Shown piece by piece: positions 36,329 through 51,620 of a stretch of DNA of 64,000 nucleotides (the first letter of the stretch is position 1; every line of letters starts with the position of its first letter). The notes beneath the pieces were generated by a model. That model ran no database searches. It had not been told where the DNA came from and was given only the letters and a program-made list of their open reading frames with translations. Origin of the DNA: the human T2T-CHM13v2.0 reference genome, Homo sapiens. The position numbers were made by a program, and so were the translations under genes. The DNA lies in NCBI RefSeq assembly GCF_009914755.1, contig NC_060933.1, one strand, 5' to 3'.

Positions 36329-37212
36329 GTATGTAGTAACTAAGGGTGTTGGCCAACAGGAGGATATTGTTCTTTAGGAGGATATTAACATTCATTTGGG
36401 TGTGTGTTCTCAAAGTCAAGAGGAGACAGATGAGATCTTCACAAAAATCGAGGGTTTGATAGTAGCTGGCCTGCATATTGGAAAATTATATAGTTCAGAA
36501 CCCTGCCATAGCCATTACCGTTCATGCTTTAGCTACCATTTATTACCAAAAGTGGAAAATGATGATCAGAGATATTAAAGTTCCTTTCTCAAGATCATAT
36601 AGCTAGAAAGTGGTGGAATTATTTGAACTTATGTTTATTTGATTATATAGTATATGTAATTATTTCAGTACATATTAAGAGAAAGGAAATCCATATGTAC
36701 CGGACTTATCCATGTATTATCCTTCCCCTTTCCCAGAGGAGGCAGCAATTAAGGTGGGCCATGATTTGGTTAGGTATCACATCAAGGGGACCAGGGGATG
36801 TAGGTGGGAGAGTGTAAGTGGAGAGCATGAAAGATCTCTACTAGGCTGTTTAGCTTGAGCAAAGCGTTGAGAAAGCAATGACCGAGTCTGGTGTTTTTGA
36901 TAGAGGGGGCTAGCACCTTTCACGTATAGGCCAAGGGCAGATAGGAAGAATAGGGCAAGAGAGTTTAAAGATGTAAAGTTAGTAAAGATGTATAATTTTG
37001 ATTAGGTTTCAAACTAGAACAGAAAAACATATTCCATGATTCTTTAGAGGTTTACCAGTTGATGTAAGTTAAATGCTGTCATCTTTTAATTGTCTCCATA
37101 ATCTGGACTATTCTTCTGTCCTAGGAGGCTTTAATTGTTTGAGAATAGTGCAAAGCCCTCTTATCATTTCCTCAGTCTCTTGGCCTTTGTCCCTATTCAG
37201 CCTTGTTTCTGT

Positions 37213-37603
<391 letters not shown>

Positions 37604-37744
37604 TAACTTCATTCCACCTGTCTGCTCCAAGTGGCTCCCAGCTGCCTGCCACTTACTGAGCCCTTGCTGTGCACCTGGTACCTGCAAGCACTCAGTGAGT
37701 ACTTACAGAAATCAGACTTAATTTCTCTACAGCCTGACGGGACA

Positions 37745-38095
37745 GTTTTAAAAGTAGCTTTGTTGAGTTATAATCTATATAGCCTAAAATATGGCTGTTT
37801 TAAAGTGTAAAATGTGATGAATTTGAGTACCTTTACAGGTTTTTCAATCATCACCAAGAATATTTCCATCACCTGACAAGTTCCATTGTGCTGGCTTGTA
37901 GTCATTCCCCACTCCCAGCTTCAGACCCAAGCCACCACCAATCTGCTTTCTATTTGTAGTATTGCCTTTCTAAAATAACCTTTATTTATATAATTTTATA
38001 TAAATTATATATAAATTTCATATAAATTTTTGAAATTCTTTAGAATGGAATTATACAATATGAATTTTTTTATGTCTGTCTTGTTTCATGTCTGA
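37745..38095 (-). mobile_element. Old L1 (L1ME-like) 3' fragment
   Basis: agctttgttgagttataat...ccaccaatctgctttcta...atggaattatacaatatg. Confidence 0.6.
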
Positions 38096-39299
38096 GAGAT
38101 ACATTTTATTATTTCCATTTTAACAGAATTATAAACTGAGGCAAATGGAGGTCAAGCAAAGTTTGCCTAGCTAATAAAAGAGAGAGCTCTATCTATCTGA
38201 GTTCAAAGCCCTGTTCTATTCACTCCTTCTTACTTTTGAATCAGACCTATTTCCAGCCTGTTGGGTTGGCCTTCGAAATTTTCCTAAATTTTACTTATCC
38301 TTTCATTTATCTTTTAGATCTGTGCTACTCTGTGCATTTGTCTTTGATTATTTATCTTTATTGTTATCTTGGTTAATAAATTAAGTTTGTGAGTTCATTT
38401 TCTTAAATATAGAATGATCTGAGATGGCATATTCTTTAAAATGAGGTCTTGAGAAAACTCATGCAACTACACTGATCTTTTTAGAAATTTGCAGAAAACA
38501 TTGTTCCTCTGTCCCTCCCCTATTTTTGTGTGCTATCTTGAAAAAACAAAAATAGCACACAAAAAAGTTTTTGCCAGATTTTACTTTTTAGATCACTTAT
38601 TTTGCCAGATTTTATTTTTAGATCACTTATTTTAGACTTGCTGCCCCTTTAGTAGCATGTTTATGTTCCTAAGAATTTTTGAAGCCCACTTGGTTGAAGT
38701 CTGTCATATAACAGAGCTGTTACTAACATGCCCTTTCTTGGCTCTCATGAACTCTAAGGTGCCTGGTCAGTTCTACGTGCTCAGCTGGTGGTTTTACTTT
38801 GGTCATAAATGGTCCCAGCATGTCACTTCTCCTTATTACTTCCTTATTTTTTCTCAGAAGAAGAAATTAATAGTATCAGATGCTCTGTTTAGTTGATTTT
38901 CAGCAGTTGAGCCTTTCATCTTCCAGAGCTTTTCTTGCCAGAGAATGTGACCTTTTAAAACTGAAAAGTAACTGTCATGTACTTTCAGAAGTAGCATTTT
39001 ATTCCCGTCACTGAAACCTTGAAAACATCCAAGGTTTAAGCTGAGTAGTTCACAGATGGGTTGGCAGATCCCATATAAACACATGATTCACCCTGGATCA
39101 GAAGTAACTGCAGAAGCCAAAATTACATGCATTGGTGGCCCATTGGACCGTGAAGCTGTGGGAAAATGAAGGGGGAAGGAAGTAACCTGAACCTTTTATC
39201 TCTCAGTCTACCCTCAAACACAGTGATGATGTACAGGTTTTGAACATTGCAAACCCAGACTTGCCTATTTACATTCAACCCCTTCTGTTTTACTTCCAG

Positions 39300-39560
39300 C
39301 TGAATACCAAGAGATATCTCCTGATATCTGCACCTCTGTGGATAAAACACATCTCTGATGAACAGATCCTGGGTTTTGTTGAAAATTTAATGGTGGCAGT
39401 TTTTAAAGCAGCTTCCCCACTTGGAAGTCCTGAGCTATGCCCAAGTGCTTTACACGGTCTGAGCCAGGCCATGAAACTGCCCAGCCCTGCCCACCACCTC
39501 TGGAGTCTGCTCTCTGAAGCTACTGGGAAAATTTTTGACCTCCTGCCAAATAAGATTCGG
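39300..39560 (+). CDS. FOCAD: FOCAD coding exon 10/16 (LNTKRYLLISAPLW...LLPNKIR)
   Basis: tacttccag| acceptor, cgg|gtgagg donor; 261 nt, phase 0-0. Confidence 0.95.
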
Positions 39561-40230
39561 GTGAGGAACAAAAATATTTACATTCCTGACAATTTATGTT
39601 TGGGATATTTTAAAGGCTTCTTGGCAAAGTGGGGAGGTGTATGTTTTAAGAATGTGGGTGGGAAGGCTAGCAAGAAATAACCACATTCTTTACTAGGAGT
39701 GTATTTGTTTCCAAGATCTAAATTGAGGTTGAATATTTAGAACCAAAGTTTTGAGCAAGCTTAGAAGCAGTTTAACCAGTGCTGCACCAGGAAATTTGCT
39801 ATTAGGCGTTTTTACCAAATGCCTCTTGTAGAAGACGAGAAGGCTCAGAAGTCCTTACGCTTTACACCTGGAGAATCCGTGGGCATGAGTTCCCATATAC
39901 TGTTTATATAAAACAATTTAGCATCGCCCTTCCCTCCCCCAAAAGACCTCTGAATTGTAATTTTACAAAGAGGTTAGAAATTTATTTGGGATGAAGGAAT
40001 TTTGATAAGGAGAAAAATGTATAGCCAAAACAAAACAAAACAAAAAAACACAAAGTAACAGGAAAGATGTCTTCAAAATGATAAAAATTGGCCAAATGTT
40101 TTGGTTTGGTTAAAATTAAAATCTCATCAGCTGCTGTTCATGGGGATAAGAAAATCTAATAATTTGTCAGAACATTTTGACCTGTTATTTTACACTGTTT
40201 GTTGACATGTTTGGGATTTTTCTTTATCAG

Positions 40231-40320
40231 AGAAAGGATCTAGAGCTGTATATCAGCATAGCAAAATGCCTCTTAGAAATGACAGATGATGATGCCAATC
40301 GGATCGCCCAGGTTACTAAG
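40231..40320 (+). CDS. FOCAD: FOCAD coding exon 11/16 (RKDLELYISIAKCLLEMTDDDANRIAQVTK)
   Basis: tctttatcag| acceptor, aag|gtaata donor; 90 nt, phase 0-0. Confidence 0.94.
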
Positions 40321-40704
40321 GTAATAACATATCTTTCTATACCTTTTTTCATTATTGAGCCAGAAATTACGATTGAAGAATTGATTTCAGTGTTTGGCTG
40401 AAGCAAGTTTTGCTTCATTTTTGTTATTGGTTAATTTCAGGAAACTATATTTCATTTACATTGTTGAGCCTCTTGTTCAGCCTACTAATGTGGTTGGTGC
40501 TTAACAAATGTTGTATGGATGGATAGATGGATGAATAACTTTTTAACCCGATTTCTCCCACTTTGTCCTTCACCTGATCCTATCCTTAGGAATGAAGAAG
40601 GTGGTTGATTGAAAAGCAAGCACTATTAGCCCTGACACAGGATAATTTATTTCCCACACCCATGCCCAAGTCAAACGATGAATGAGCAAAAAGTAGCATA
40701 TCAG

Positions 40705-40803
40705 TAAAGTTGCCAGATTTAGCAAACAAAATGCAAGATATTTTGTTAAATTTGAGTTGCAGATCAATAATGAATCATTTCTTAGTACAAGTACATGCCA
40801 AAT
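40705..40803. mobile_element. MER53-like DNA element half
   Basis: gttgccagatttagcaaacaaaatgcaagat...gttaaatttgagttgcagat. Confidence 0.65.
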
Positions 40804-40961
40804 GACACACTTGTATTTGAATGGCAGTTTTGCATACCAACTAATACCAATGGTCTAGAGAACTGTGAGCTCCCTTATAGCTGGTGGACTTCGTGTCATT
40901 TATTTTACTTTATGGCAGGTTTGCCTATTCAATCAGATCCTTGAATTTCTGCATCATATGG

Positions 40962-41150
40962 CAGTGGTTCTCAGAATGTGGTCTTTGCATAAGTAGCATC
41001 AGCATCGCCTTGGAAATGATTAGAAATGTGAGTTCTTGAGCCCCCATCTAGGCCTACTGAATCAGAAACTCTGCAGACGGAGCCCAGGAGTCTATGTTTT
41101 AATTGTCTCTCCAGGTGATTCTGGTGTATCCTAAGGTTTGAAAACCACTG
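40962..41150. mobile_element. MER5A (hAT-Charlie MITE)
   Basis: TIRs cagtggttctca / tgaaaaccactg; 189 bp. Confidence 0.85.
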
Positions 41151-41166
41151 TTAAAGAATATTTGGG

Positions 41167-41765
<599 letters not shown>

Positions 41766-42199
41766 TAATTATTACATATGTGTAATGAATTATATCCTAT
41801 TATTACATTCATGTAATTGGAAATAAAGTATGTCATTTACTTCTTAGTACCTAGAGCTGAAGGTTGCTGTTACTCGCTTGAGTTTCTACCTAAAATACCA
41901 TTCAGAACATTGTCACTGGAACATACTAAGTAGTGTTCTGATGTCCCCAAAAGAGTTAGTCTGCTTCAGCAAGGTCAGAGTTTTCTATTTGTTTCTGAAA
42001 AGAATAGAGGTAGAGGTAAGAATAAGATAGTGGTAGAGAACACAGACTCCCTCAGTTCTGTTTCTTACTCTGCCACCTGTAGCTATGTGACCTTAATTTA
42101 AGCAAGTTGCTTAACCACTGTGCTTCAGTTTCCCCATCTGTAAAGGTGGGACTTTAATAGTGATCTACTGCAGAGAATTGGTGTGAGAATGAGTAAATA

Positions 42200-43816
<1,617 letters not shown>

Positions 43817-44161
43817 AATTAACACATGTTAAGTGCTTGGAGTGATGCCTGGCACACAGTAAGTACTGTATTTGTTAGTCATCATTTTATTATTATTGTT
43901 TGTGTATATTTACTATATATCATCACTGACTAACTCCTGAACAAATTTATGGTTTTAATGAAGGAGCAGGAGATGGCATTACAACCCTCTATTGTATGCT
44001 CATGTTAATTTAGCACACAGGCAGATGGGTCATGTGCTGCAGGAAATGAACAGAATAGTAACATCCAACTCATCTTTTTTGTTTTGCCCTTGCCCTGAAA
44101 TTCTGTAGCTACTTCAGTTAATTTAATAGTAACTAAACAATTTTTTTTTTTTTTTTTGCAG

Positions 44162-44339
44162 AGCAACATAGAAAAAGCTGCCTTTGTCAAACTGTACTTA
44201 GTCTCTCAAGGACGATTCCCCTTGGTGAACCTGACCGATATGCTGAGCGTTGCTGTGCAGCACCGTGAGAAAGAGGTGTTGGCCTGGATGATTCTGCACA
44301 GCTTATACCAGGCACGGATTGTGAGCCATGCCAATACGG
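44162..44339 (+). CDS. FOCAD: FOCAD coding exon 12/16 (SNIEKAAFVKLYLVSQG...VSHANT)
   Basis: T17-gcag| acceptor, cgg|gtgagg donor; 178 nt, phase 0-1. Confidence 0.94.
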
Positions 44340-45139
44340 GTGAGGACACCCTGGGGTGAACATCAGAAACAGGAATAGATCTGCCTGCTGTTGCTTTTAA
44401 GTTGCACTTGAGTTCTCAACTTAAAAATTAGTTTAGTGCTTATTGACACAGGTTAGGCCTTCTGGTGCCAAATGAGGAGTAACTTGGATAGAAATTAACA
44501 GTTATAGCTCACAACATCCACTTTTTGGAAATGAGGATGGATTCTTTCGAGGGGTTTTGTTTTCTATTTGGCTCTGTAGACCCTCACAGTTACAAACAAG
44601 TTAGCTGCTTCTGCCTGTTTAACTTCAGTTTCCCAAAACACACAAGATATCAATTGATTCTGCCTGATGATTTCATGAAAATGGCTTTTGGGTAGTCATT
44701 TAACAAACAAGAGAAAACAGAAACAAAAAAATTAACTAGTTATTTTACAGAAGAACTTCTCTGGGATGAGAATAATCAAATCCTGCCACCCTGTCTGCAT
44801 TAGCAAGCTTGAAGCTCTGCTAATGAATCACATGATGCAATTTTTAGACTGTTTTAGACGTTATGCTTTAATAATTACTGAATAAGAGCGCTCCCCCATT
44901 GCTCTATCCAGGTTGTTGGTCATATTTACAATTTCTGGAGACTACATTCAAGTTCTGAATGGCACCAGGCTCCTGAGGGGTAGATGTGGCTGGGAAGCTT
45001 GTGCGACTCTGGACAAATTGCTTATGCTTCTGTGCCTGGTTTTCCCCATCCATCTCTTGTATTGTTATGATTTTTAGGAAAAACTGACAAACACGATTGT
45101 AATACTCTGCAAGACTGTATCGCCTTAATACCAGCCCTT

Positions 45140-45477
<338 letters not shown>

Positions 45478-46205
45478 CTATGATGAGAAACTGGACTTTT
45501 TAACTCTAAGCCAAAAGTGTATGTATCAGGAAGAAATCTAGTAGGTGTTTCAAATGAAGCATGAAGTTACATGCAATGAACTGAAATAAATTTGATGTTG
45601 CCTTTGGTTCCAACCAGAACCAGCCAGCTCTCAAATGCAGTTCCCGTTTTTGAAACATGTCCTTAGTAGTCTTTACTGTGCTGGGAATCCTCTTTTTTAA
45701 AAAACAAAATTAAAAGGGAAAAAAGTCAATATTGCTGCTAATGGAAATATAATGGCTGTATTTTGTTTTTCTTTACATGTCTTTGGGTTAGGTTTCCTCT
45801 GTGATTTGGCATAAATTGGGAACACTGAAGCAAAGGAGAACTATAAAAACAAATAATTGTCAACAATTCAACATTGCTAGTTAGTTGGCATGCCAGATTT
45901 CTCCTAGTGTGTTTAATTTTGAGAGAGAAACTCCAACAAATGCATTTTATCACTAGTGGTCAGGGAGATTTAAAGAATAAATTGGCTTTTGAAAATCAAA
46001 GACCAAAATACTGTTATCTGATGTGAATAATGTCAAAGAACTCTCTCACAGGCAGTCACAAGTCTCGGGTATTGCAAGGGAACATGAAACTGGTTAATGG
46101 AATCCTCACCAGGTGTTCTGCTTTAGTTATGATGGTTGTTACTGATCTGTTTTACATTTCAAAGGAAAACCATGGTCTAGTAAGAAAATACCCTTTTCAT
46201 TTCAG

Positions 46206-46303
46206 GCGTTTTGAAGAGAATGGAGTGGCTCTTGGAACTGATGGGTTATATTAGAAATGTTGCTTACCAGTCAACATCCTTTCACAATACGGCTCTTGAC
46301 AAG
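46206..46303 (+). CDS. FOCAD: FOCAD coding exon 13/16 (GVLKRMEWLLELMGYIRN...TALDK)
   Basis: catttcag| acceptor, aag|gtaaaa donor; 98 nt, phase 1-0. Confidence 0.94.
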
Positions 46304-46353
46304 GTAAAATCTAGAGGAGTAGTTTATAGCTTCCTTAAAATACAGAACTTATA

Positions 46354-46427
46354 TTAGGTTGGTGCAAAAGTAATTGCGGTTTTGCCATTAATTGGCAAAA
46401 ACTGCAATTACTTTTGCACCAACCTAA
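46354..46427. mobile_element. MADE1 (Hsmar1-derived MITE)
   Basis: ttaggttggtgcaaaagtaattgc...gcaattacttttgcaccaacctaa palindrome; TA on the left flank. Confidence 0.95.
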
Positions 46428-47411
46428 AATATATGCTCCCAAAAGAGGAGCACGTTGCTGTTTGCAGCTTTTCTTTCCCTCTTTCCTTTTATTTTAGACA
46501 CACTTAATGATTCTCTGATGCCGCAAGAAAACTGGTATTCTTACCAAGCTCTTGGAGACACCCAAGGCTGCCCTTTGAGAAATATTTTCAACAAAATATG
46601 TTTCTTGACAGACAGAACACAAAGGACACTTGGGAGAGAGAGAACCCAAGCTCCTGTGTAGCTGGGATTGATCCCATAAAGGATGTGGGAATATAGGGCT
46701 CTGGCCTCCACACTGGCCAGCATATGGCTAAAAATGCCTGCTTTGAAGAGGTTCCTGGAGTGTATGCAGATAATCTTATGTGTGCCAATACTTATGTGCA
46801 TGTGTGCATATATGGAGGGGAATTTTTATCACACCTGCAAAATTACCTATGACTCAAAAAAAGTAAGAACCGCTAGTATTAGGTTTGGGTAAGTTTAAAA
46901 ATAAAAGATTAATAAGACGAAGACAGCTCTTTCCTGCTTTCCTTCATTGTGTTGACTTAGCTGGCAGCTGTGCATTTTGTAATAGCAGAATTTTTTTTCT
47001 GTAGGCATGCTTCATGAGTATTCTGTTTGCTGTGTGAGTCAAATTTGCATAACCTGGGATGTTTTTTGAAGTTCTGCCCAGTTTTTCTGAAGAGTTGTAT
47101 GTCTTTTTGAAATTTTAATTTGTGAGTTTAGGAATTTTAAGAGATTAGGAAGTACTTTTTAAACTTTTTTTGAACTTGCATGATCTGTCCTCTTTCTTCT
47201 GATTTCCTAAGTTTTTATTAACTTTCTCTGTTTTCTTACAAAAACCTTAAAACACTGAGAAAATACAGATAAGCAGAAAGAAGTGTAGTTTAAATCACAG
47301 TAATCCAACTACTCAGAGGTGGCTCCTATAATCACCATTTCTATGATTGTCTAGATTAGTCTGAAATCTAAATGGATAGATCCTGGACAGGTGTTTAAAA
47401 TGCATGAAGAA

Positions 47412-47550
47412 GCTGGGCACAATGGCACATGTCTATAGTCCCAGCCACTTGGGAGGCTGAAGCAGGAGGATTTCTTGTGCTCAAGAGTTCAAGATCACTC
47501 TGGGCAACATAGTGAGACCCCATTTCTTAAAACATTTTTTAAAAAAAATG
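47412..47550 (+). mobile_element. Alu monomer (FLAM-like)
   Basis: gctgggcacaatggcacatg...gggcaacatagtgagaccccat. Confidence 0.8.
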
Positions 47551-47828
47551 AAGAAAGACTTGCTCAAAAGTAGAATCAGAGTATACATATTTTTAAAAAT
47601 TAGTTTTGCCCACATAACCATAAATATTTCTTCATTTTGTAAGCTCTTTGAAAACATCAAAACAGAGGAATGTTTGGATCTTGATGTGATTAGGAATTGA
47701 ATAAACGATGTTTCTCCTGAAATGTTAGAGCGATAATAATGAAACTGTTGGGTCTTCTGCCTTCACATAAAGGGACTTCAAAAATCTTCTAAAGCCCCAA
47801 AATGTATCTTCATTAAACATGGAAACTG

Positions 47829-47970
47829 AGTTTACTGTTCAGTTCAGTTCCTCTTCTGGGTGGGGGTAGGGCAGGAGGGACTGGTTGGGTGAAGGGGAAG
47901 ATGACATTGCCTCACGACAGGGGCTGTGTATGTGAACATGTGTTACTTTGAATTGTTAAAAAATATGACC
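47829..47970 (+). repeat. 142-bp dispersed direct repeat, copy 1
   Basis: Aligns to 48876-49017 at offset 1047. Confidence 0.92.
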
Positions 47971-47996
47971 TAATGTCATTTCTATTTTCATCGTAG

Positions 47997-48248
47997 GCTT
48001 TGGACTTCTTCTTGCTGATATTTGCAACCGCAGTGGTTGCATGGGCTGACCACACTGCCCCTCTCCTCCTCGGCCTCAGTGCCAGTTGGTTGCCATGGCA
48101 TCAGGAGAATGGCCCGGCTGGGCCAGTACCAAGCTTCCTTGGCAGGAGTCCAATGCACAGGGTCACTCTGCAGGAGGTTCTCACTCTCCTTCCCAATAGC
48201 ATGGCTCTGCTGCTGCAGAAAGAGCCATGGAAGGAACAGACCCAGAAG
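47997..48248 (+). CDS. FOCAD: FOCAD coding exon 14/16 (ALDFFLLIFATAVVAW...WKEQTQK)
   Basis: ttcatcgtag| acceptor, aag|gtgagg donor; 252 nt, phase 0-0. Confidence 0.95.
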
Positions 48249-48875
48249 GTGAGGCTGGCAGCCACCTGCTTAGCAGGGCAGGCAGCCATTGTCTCTTCAG
48301 CAGTTTCTACTGTAGAATTGAGGTGGGAGTTAAGTGCGTCTTGAATCACACCACAGACTTTCCTACCCAGCCCCATATCTCAGCCAGATGCAGAGTCTCA
48401 GAGATTGAGGCTAGCCCAGGCTCGGGGCAACTGCTGATTAAACAACAAGGTGGCAGCTTGCTTACAGCTGGGAGTGAGGTGGAGGAAAAGTCCATACTTC
48501 ATTTATTGAAGGCACTTGTTTTCTTGATCCTGGGGAGGAAAGGGTGAGTATGTCTCAGAGCTCAGAATCTCAAGGTGAGGGTCGACGGGAAGGCAAATTC
48601 AGGATTGCAAATCGTGTGATAAGTAAGATACAGTGGTGATGAGCAAGGGAAGGAGTTGATCAACAATGCCTGGGTGGGTCAGGAAGTTTTCTGCCAGGAA
48701 ATGTGGGTCGGGAGCATCCATCTTCTTGTAGCATCTTTAAGGTTCCCCATAGCTTATTCCATTGCACAGATATGCTCCAGGCACCCAGTGTGCCCTGGTC
48801 TGTGCTAGATGCCAAACAGAGCTTTGTAAAGGTCTGATAGTATCACCCTTGCCCTCAGGAAAACCTAAATTGTTT

Positions 48876-49017
48876 AGTTTGCTGTTCAGTCTAGTTCCTC
48901 TTCTGGAGTAGGGGTGGGGCGGGAGAAGGAGTTGGGTGAAGGGGAAGATGACATTGCGTCATGTTGAGGGCTTTGTATGTGAACATGTGTTACTTTGAAT
49001 TGTTAAAACATATGACC
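48876..49017 (+). repeat. 142-bp dispersed direct repeat, copy 2
   Basis: Shares a 35-nt identical core tgtatgtgaacatgtgttactttgaattgttaaaa with copy 1. Confidence 0.92.
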
Positions 49018-49404
49018 CAAAAGGAAACATTTTTTGGTTTTTAATGTTGAGGTTCCCCAGGCTACTAGCTGTTCTGCAAAGCATAACTGTGCTTACTGTA
49101 CTTCTCATTATATGTTTCTGACCTGTCCTTAATACAGTTGGTTGAAAGATTCTTTTTTGAATCTCATTTAATCAAAACTGGATTTTTATGAAGTTGAAAG
49201 CTTCAAACTAACTTTTTTTTGCTTATTCTTGAAATCTGAACATTAATCTTTAAAAACATTTCTGAACTGTAGACCCATAGTTTAGCTATGCACAACTCCA
49301 CCAAGTATCTCAACTAAAATGCCTTTTATTTTTCTTAAACCTGATAAGCATTAGTATTGCTGCCCCAAATTTTGTGCTTTGTGTCCCATTTAAAATCAAA
49401 TTTT

Positions 49405-49711
49405 GGCTGGGCACAGTGGCTCACACCTAGAATCCCAGCACTTTGGGAGGCCAAGGCAGGCAGATCACGTGAGGTCAGGAGTTCGAGTCCAACCTGGCCA
49501 ACATGATGAAACCCTGTCTCTACTAAAAATGCAAGAATTAGACGAGTGTGGTGGTGTGTGCCTATAATCCCAGCTACTCAGGAGACTGAGGCAGGAGAAT
49601 CGCTTGAACGCAGGAGGCGGAGGTTGCAGTGAGTCGCAATCCCTCCGCTGCTCTGCAGCCTGGCTGACAGATTGAGACTCTGTCTCAAAAAAAAAAAAAA
49701 AAAAAAAAAAA
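49405..49711 (+). mobile_element. AluS
   Basis: Full Alu with long A tail. Confidence 0.93.
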
Positions 49712-50553
49712 TTTAAATGTGGTCTTCCCATATATTATTTCTGGACTGGGATACCACGTTCCCTTTGGACTACAATGTAGACCTCTTGCATTGATTATAT
49801 ATTTGTAGTGCTTGACTTTTTTGCTTATCGGTTGGATATTATAGCACAAAACTGAGAAAAGGAAAATCAACAAAGAAAAAAATTTTTGATTAAAGCAGGG
49901 AATTAGGAATATTTTCTTTTTCTCCCTATTTTACTCTTTCTTCAATCTAGCTTCTATATGTGAAACTAAAATGCCTATTACCTATCACCAATGTATGTGT
50001 TTTTAGTGAACCAAGATTGGCAGCATTCAGTCATTGATTAAATTACCCTGTATCTAATTCAAAAACAATTCAGGCTGCATCCTGAGAGATCAGCCAAACT
50101 CATAAATACTATGAGTTTCCACCTCATTTGCAGGATTTATTCATGGTTAACATGCTTGGCTCTACCTAGTGAATTATTTTATGCCATTTCTCTTGCATTT
50201 CAATTTTCTGTTTCATATCCATTTGGGCACAACTGTTCTCATCTACAGAAACATATTTTATTTCAGAAATGGGGGCTTATATCTGATGTGTTTTCTATTT
50301 ACTGCCCAGCCTAGGAGCCTAGACCAAGCTGCACACAGAACCAGGTGGGAGGCAGCATGATGCAAAGAAAGAGCATAGGGCTCTGAAGCCAAGTGTACTT
50401 GGGTTCAAATCTTAACTCGGCTATACATTGAGGGTGGACTTGGGCAAGGTTTTTAATCTCTCTGGGCCCATCAGAGTGATGAGAGATAATGTTCCTGGCA
50501 CACAGGAGGCCCTCTGGGCCCATGTCTACCTCCCTCTTAAAACCTGTATCAGC

Positions 50554-50857
<304 letters not shown>

Positions 50858-50999
50858 TCAGCTCTCAAGGTATTCAGCAGGGAAGTAGGTTTGACTTTGC
50901 CAGGTCATTTAACTAAATGGGAGCTGTATCCAACTTTACCATATCTTATGCTTGGTCCCTGTCTCATCTCCTCCACCTGGGGAAGGTATTGCCTAAGAA

Positions 51000-51043
51000 C
51001 TGTAATCCCAGCTACTGGGGAGGCTGAGGCAGGAAAATCACCT
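51000..51043 (+). mobile_element. Tiny Alu right-arm fragment
   Basis: ctgtaatcccagctactggggaggctgaggcaggaaaatcacct. Confidence 0.8.
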
Positions 51044-51128
51044 CATATATATAGGTCCAAGGGAATAACTGTTCTTTTGCTGATGGTAGGATTCTCTTCT
51101 TTGACACTATTTTTCATTTTTACCCTAG

Positions 51129-51204
51129 TTCATTGACTGGCTATTCAGCATCATGGAAAGCCCTAAAGAAGCCCTCTCAGCACAGTCCAGGGATCTTTTG
51201 AAAG
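51129..51204 (+). CDS. FOCAD: FOCAD coding exon 15/16 (FIDWLFSIMESPKEALSAQSRDLLK)
   Basis: taccctag| acceptor, aag|gtatta donor; 76 nt, phase 0-1. Confidence 0.93.
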
Positions 51205-51286
51205 GTATTACTTCCATGTTTTATGCTCAACATAGGGGAAAAACCATTATTGTTGTCTGTGGAGCAGAATGGCATTCTAGTGGTTG

Positions 51287-51620
51287 CAGGTTGAGTATCT
51301 CTTACCCGAAATGCTTGGGACCAGAGGTGTTTTGGATTTTGGATGTTTTTGGATTTGGGTATATTTGAACATACATAAGGAGATGCTTTGGGGATGGAAC
51401 CCAAGTCTAAACACAAAGTTTATTTATGTTTCATACATACCTTACATACATGGCCGGAAGGTAATTTTATATAATATTTTTAGTAATTTTGTACATGAAT
51501 CAAGGTACTTGGTGTTAAGTACTTATGTGTGGAATTTTCTACTTGTGTTGTCATATTGAGGCTCAAAAAGTTTCAGATTTTGGAGGATTTTGGATTTTTA
51601 GATTAGGGATGCTCAGCCTA
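51287..51620. mobile_element. Tigger4/MER46-family DNA transposon
   Basis: TIRs caggttgagtatc / gatgctcagccta. Confidence 0.8.

Noticed and set aside
39290-39571. Antisense ORFs over exons (also 48101-48376)
   Set aside because: Shadow ORFs of real FOCAD exons.
47890-47970. Duplicated C/D-box snoRNA in the 142-bp repeats
   Set aside because: The C box is imperfect (AAGATGA), there is no terminal CTGA, and homology extends well outside the putative RNA. An Rfam/snoscan hit would reopen this.
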